From contig NC_092374.1 in assembly GCF_030028105.1 (NCBI RefSeq), positions 60,577,377 through 60,641,376 on the forward strand: a stretch of 64,000 nt of DNA. Direction: 5' to 3'. The DNA comes from Mobula birostris (taxonomy: Eukaryota). The notes below the pieces were generated by a model that had not been told where the DNA came from, made no database searches, and saw nothing but the letters and a program-made list of their open reading frames with translations. Positions 63,629 to 64,000 of the stretch are shown one piece after another. Positions within the stretch are counted from its first letter, which is position 1. Each line of letters begins with the position of its first letter. The translations under genes were made by a program, and so were the position numbers.

Positions 63629-64000
63629 GGTCCTGAGGGCTTGCCAAGCTGCATCGACGTCTGCATAGAGGTTTTTCTCAGAAGGCTTCCCGGAGCTGGC
63701 CCCATAGCCCGAGTAGTCGTAGGAGAATACGTTACAGTTGATCCTGGAACCCAGGCCGATATAGAAGCTGCTCATCTGACCCAGATCCACGGCATTGCCG
63801 TGCGAGAAGAGTAGCGTAAATTTGGCGCTAGGGGAGCAACGGATAAACATGCAAGCGATGCGGTTTCCCCGGCTGGTCCTGGTCATGAAGGCCTCGATAG
63901 AGTCCTTCTCCCGCTGGGAGTATTGCCAGTCCGCCCGCTCGGCCAGGTGCAAGCTCCAGCGGCCCCCGGACTCGTCGGGCAATAGAGCATAGGTGGGCTC
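63627..64000 (-). CDS. abhd17b: Coding exon (partial, runs off the window end) of alpha/beta-hydrolase domain protein 17, a palmitoyl-protein thioesterase; closest to ABHD17B
   Basis: Translation [125 protein letters not shown]. The [10 protein letters not shown] and YDYSGYG motifs are ABHD17 hallmarks; DESG.RW, REKD and [13 protein letters not shown] resemble paralog B from memory. The exon ends ACC AG|GTAGGG (phase-2 donor, GT at 63626-63625). Confidence 0.93.

Noticed and set aside
63623-63982. 119-aa ORF read as a complete or truncated ABHD17 protein or processed pseudogene
   Set aside because: The apparent TAG stop lies inside the splice donor (AG|GTAG), and the frame is open to the window edge. 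It is an exon.
1-64000. CRISPR arrays, retrons, DGRs or other prokaryotic RT-based systems
   Set aside because: No regularly spaced repeat-spacer array or operon structure. All RTs are eukaryotic non-LTR or Penelope types in vertebrate intronic DNA.

Overview
Eukaryotic, not prokaryotic, DNA. The repeat families present (CR1, Rex/Babar, Penelope-like, a V-SINE/HE1-like SINE, Tc1, Charlie-type hAT, Tigger, Harbinger) suggest a cartilaginous fish, probably a ray or shark (inference). The only host-gene sequence I can support is one CpG-rich coding exon of an ABHD17 depalmitoylase, closest to ABHD17B, on the minus strand at 63627->64000, ending in a canonical AG|GTAGGG donor. I found no next exon by eye, so the remaining ~63.6 kb is most likely one very large, transposon-filled intron, with a 129-N assembly gap. 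The most notable structures are: (i) an L1 insertion with a twin-priming-type 5' inversion and a perfect 14-bp TSD (5598-6953); (ii) a 1.34-kb ORF1-only, HAL1-like L1 derivative that keeps its 5' end and a TSD (10467-11805); (iii) Penelope-like termini with minimal hammerhead-ribozyme motifs on the strand of the host pre-mRNA, including a 212-bp fold-back insertion with a 12-bp TSD; (iv) a non-coding retroelement family with Rex/Babar-like 3' tails; (v) a nested CR1 / CR1 / Penelope / Tigger / hAT-MITE stack at 52.7-60.4 kb; and (vi) a composite hAT element carrying pieces of other elements. All calls were made by eye with no database searches. Boundaries without a TSD or TIR are approximate.
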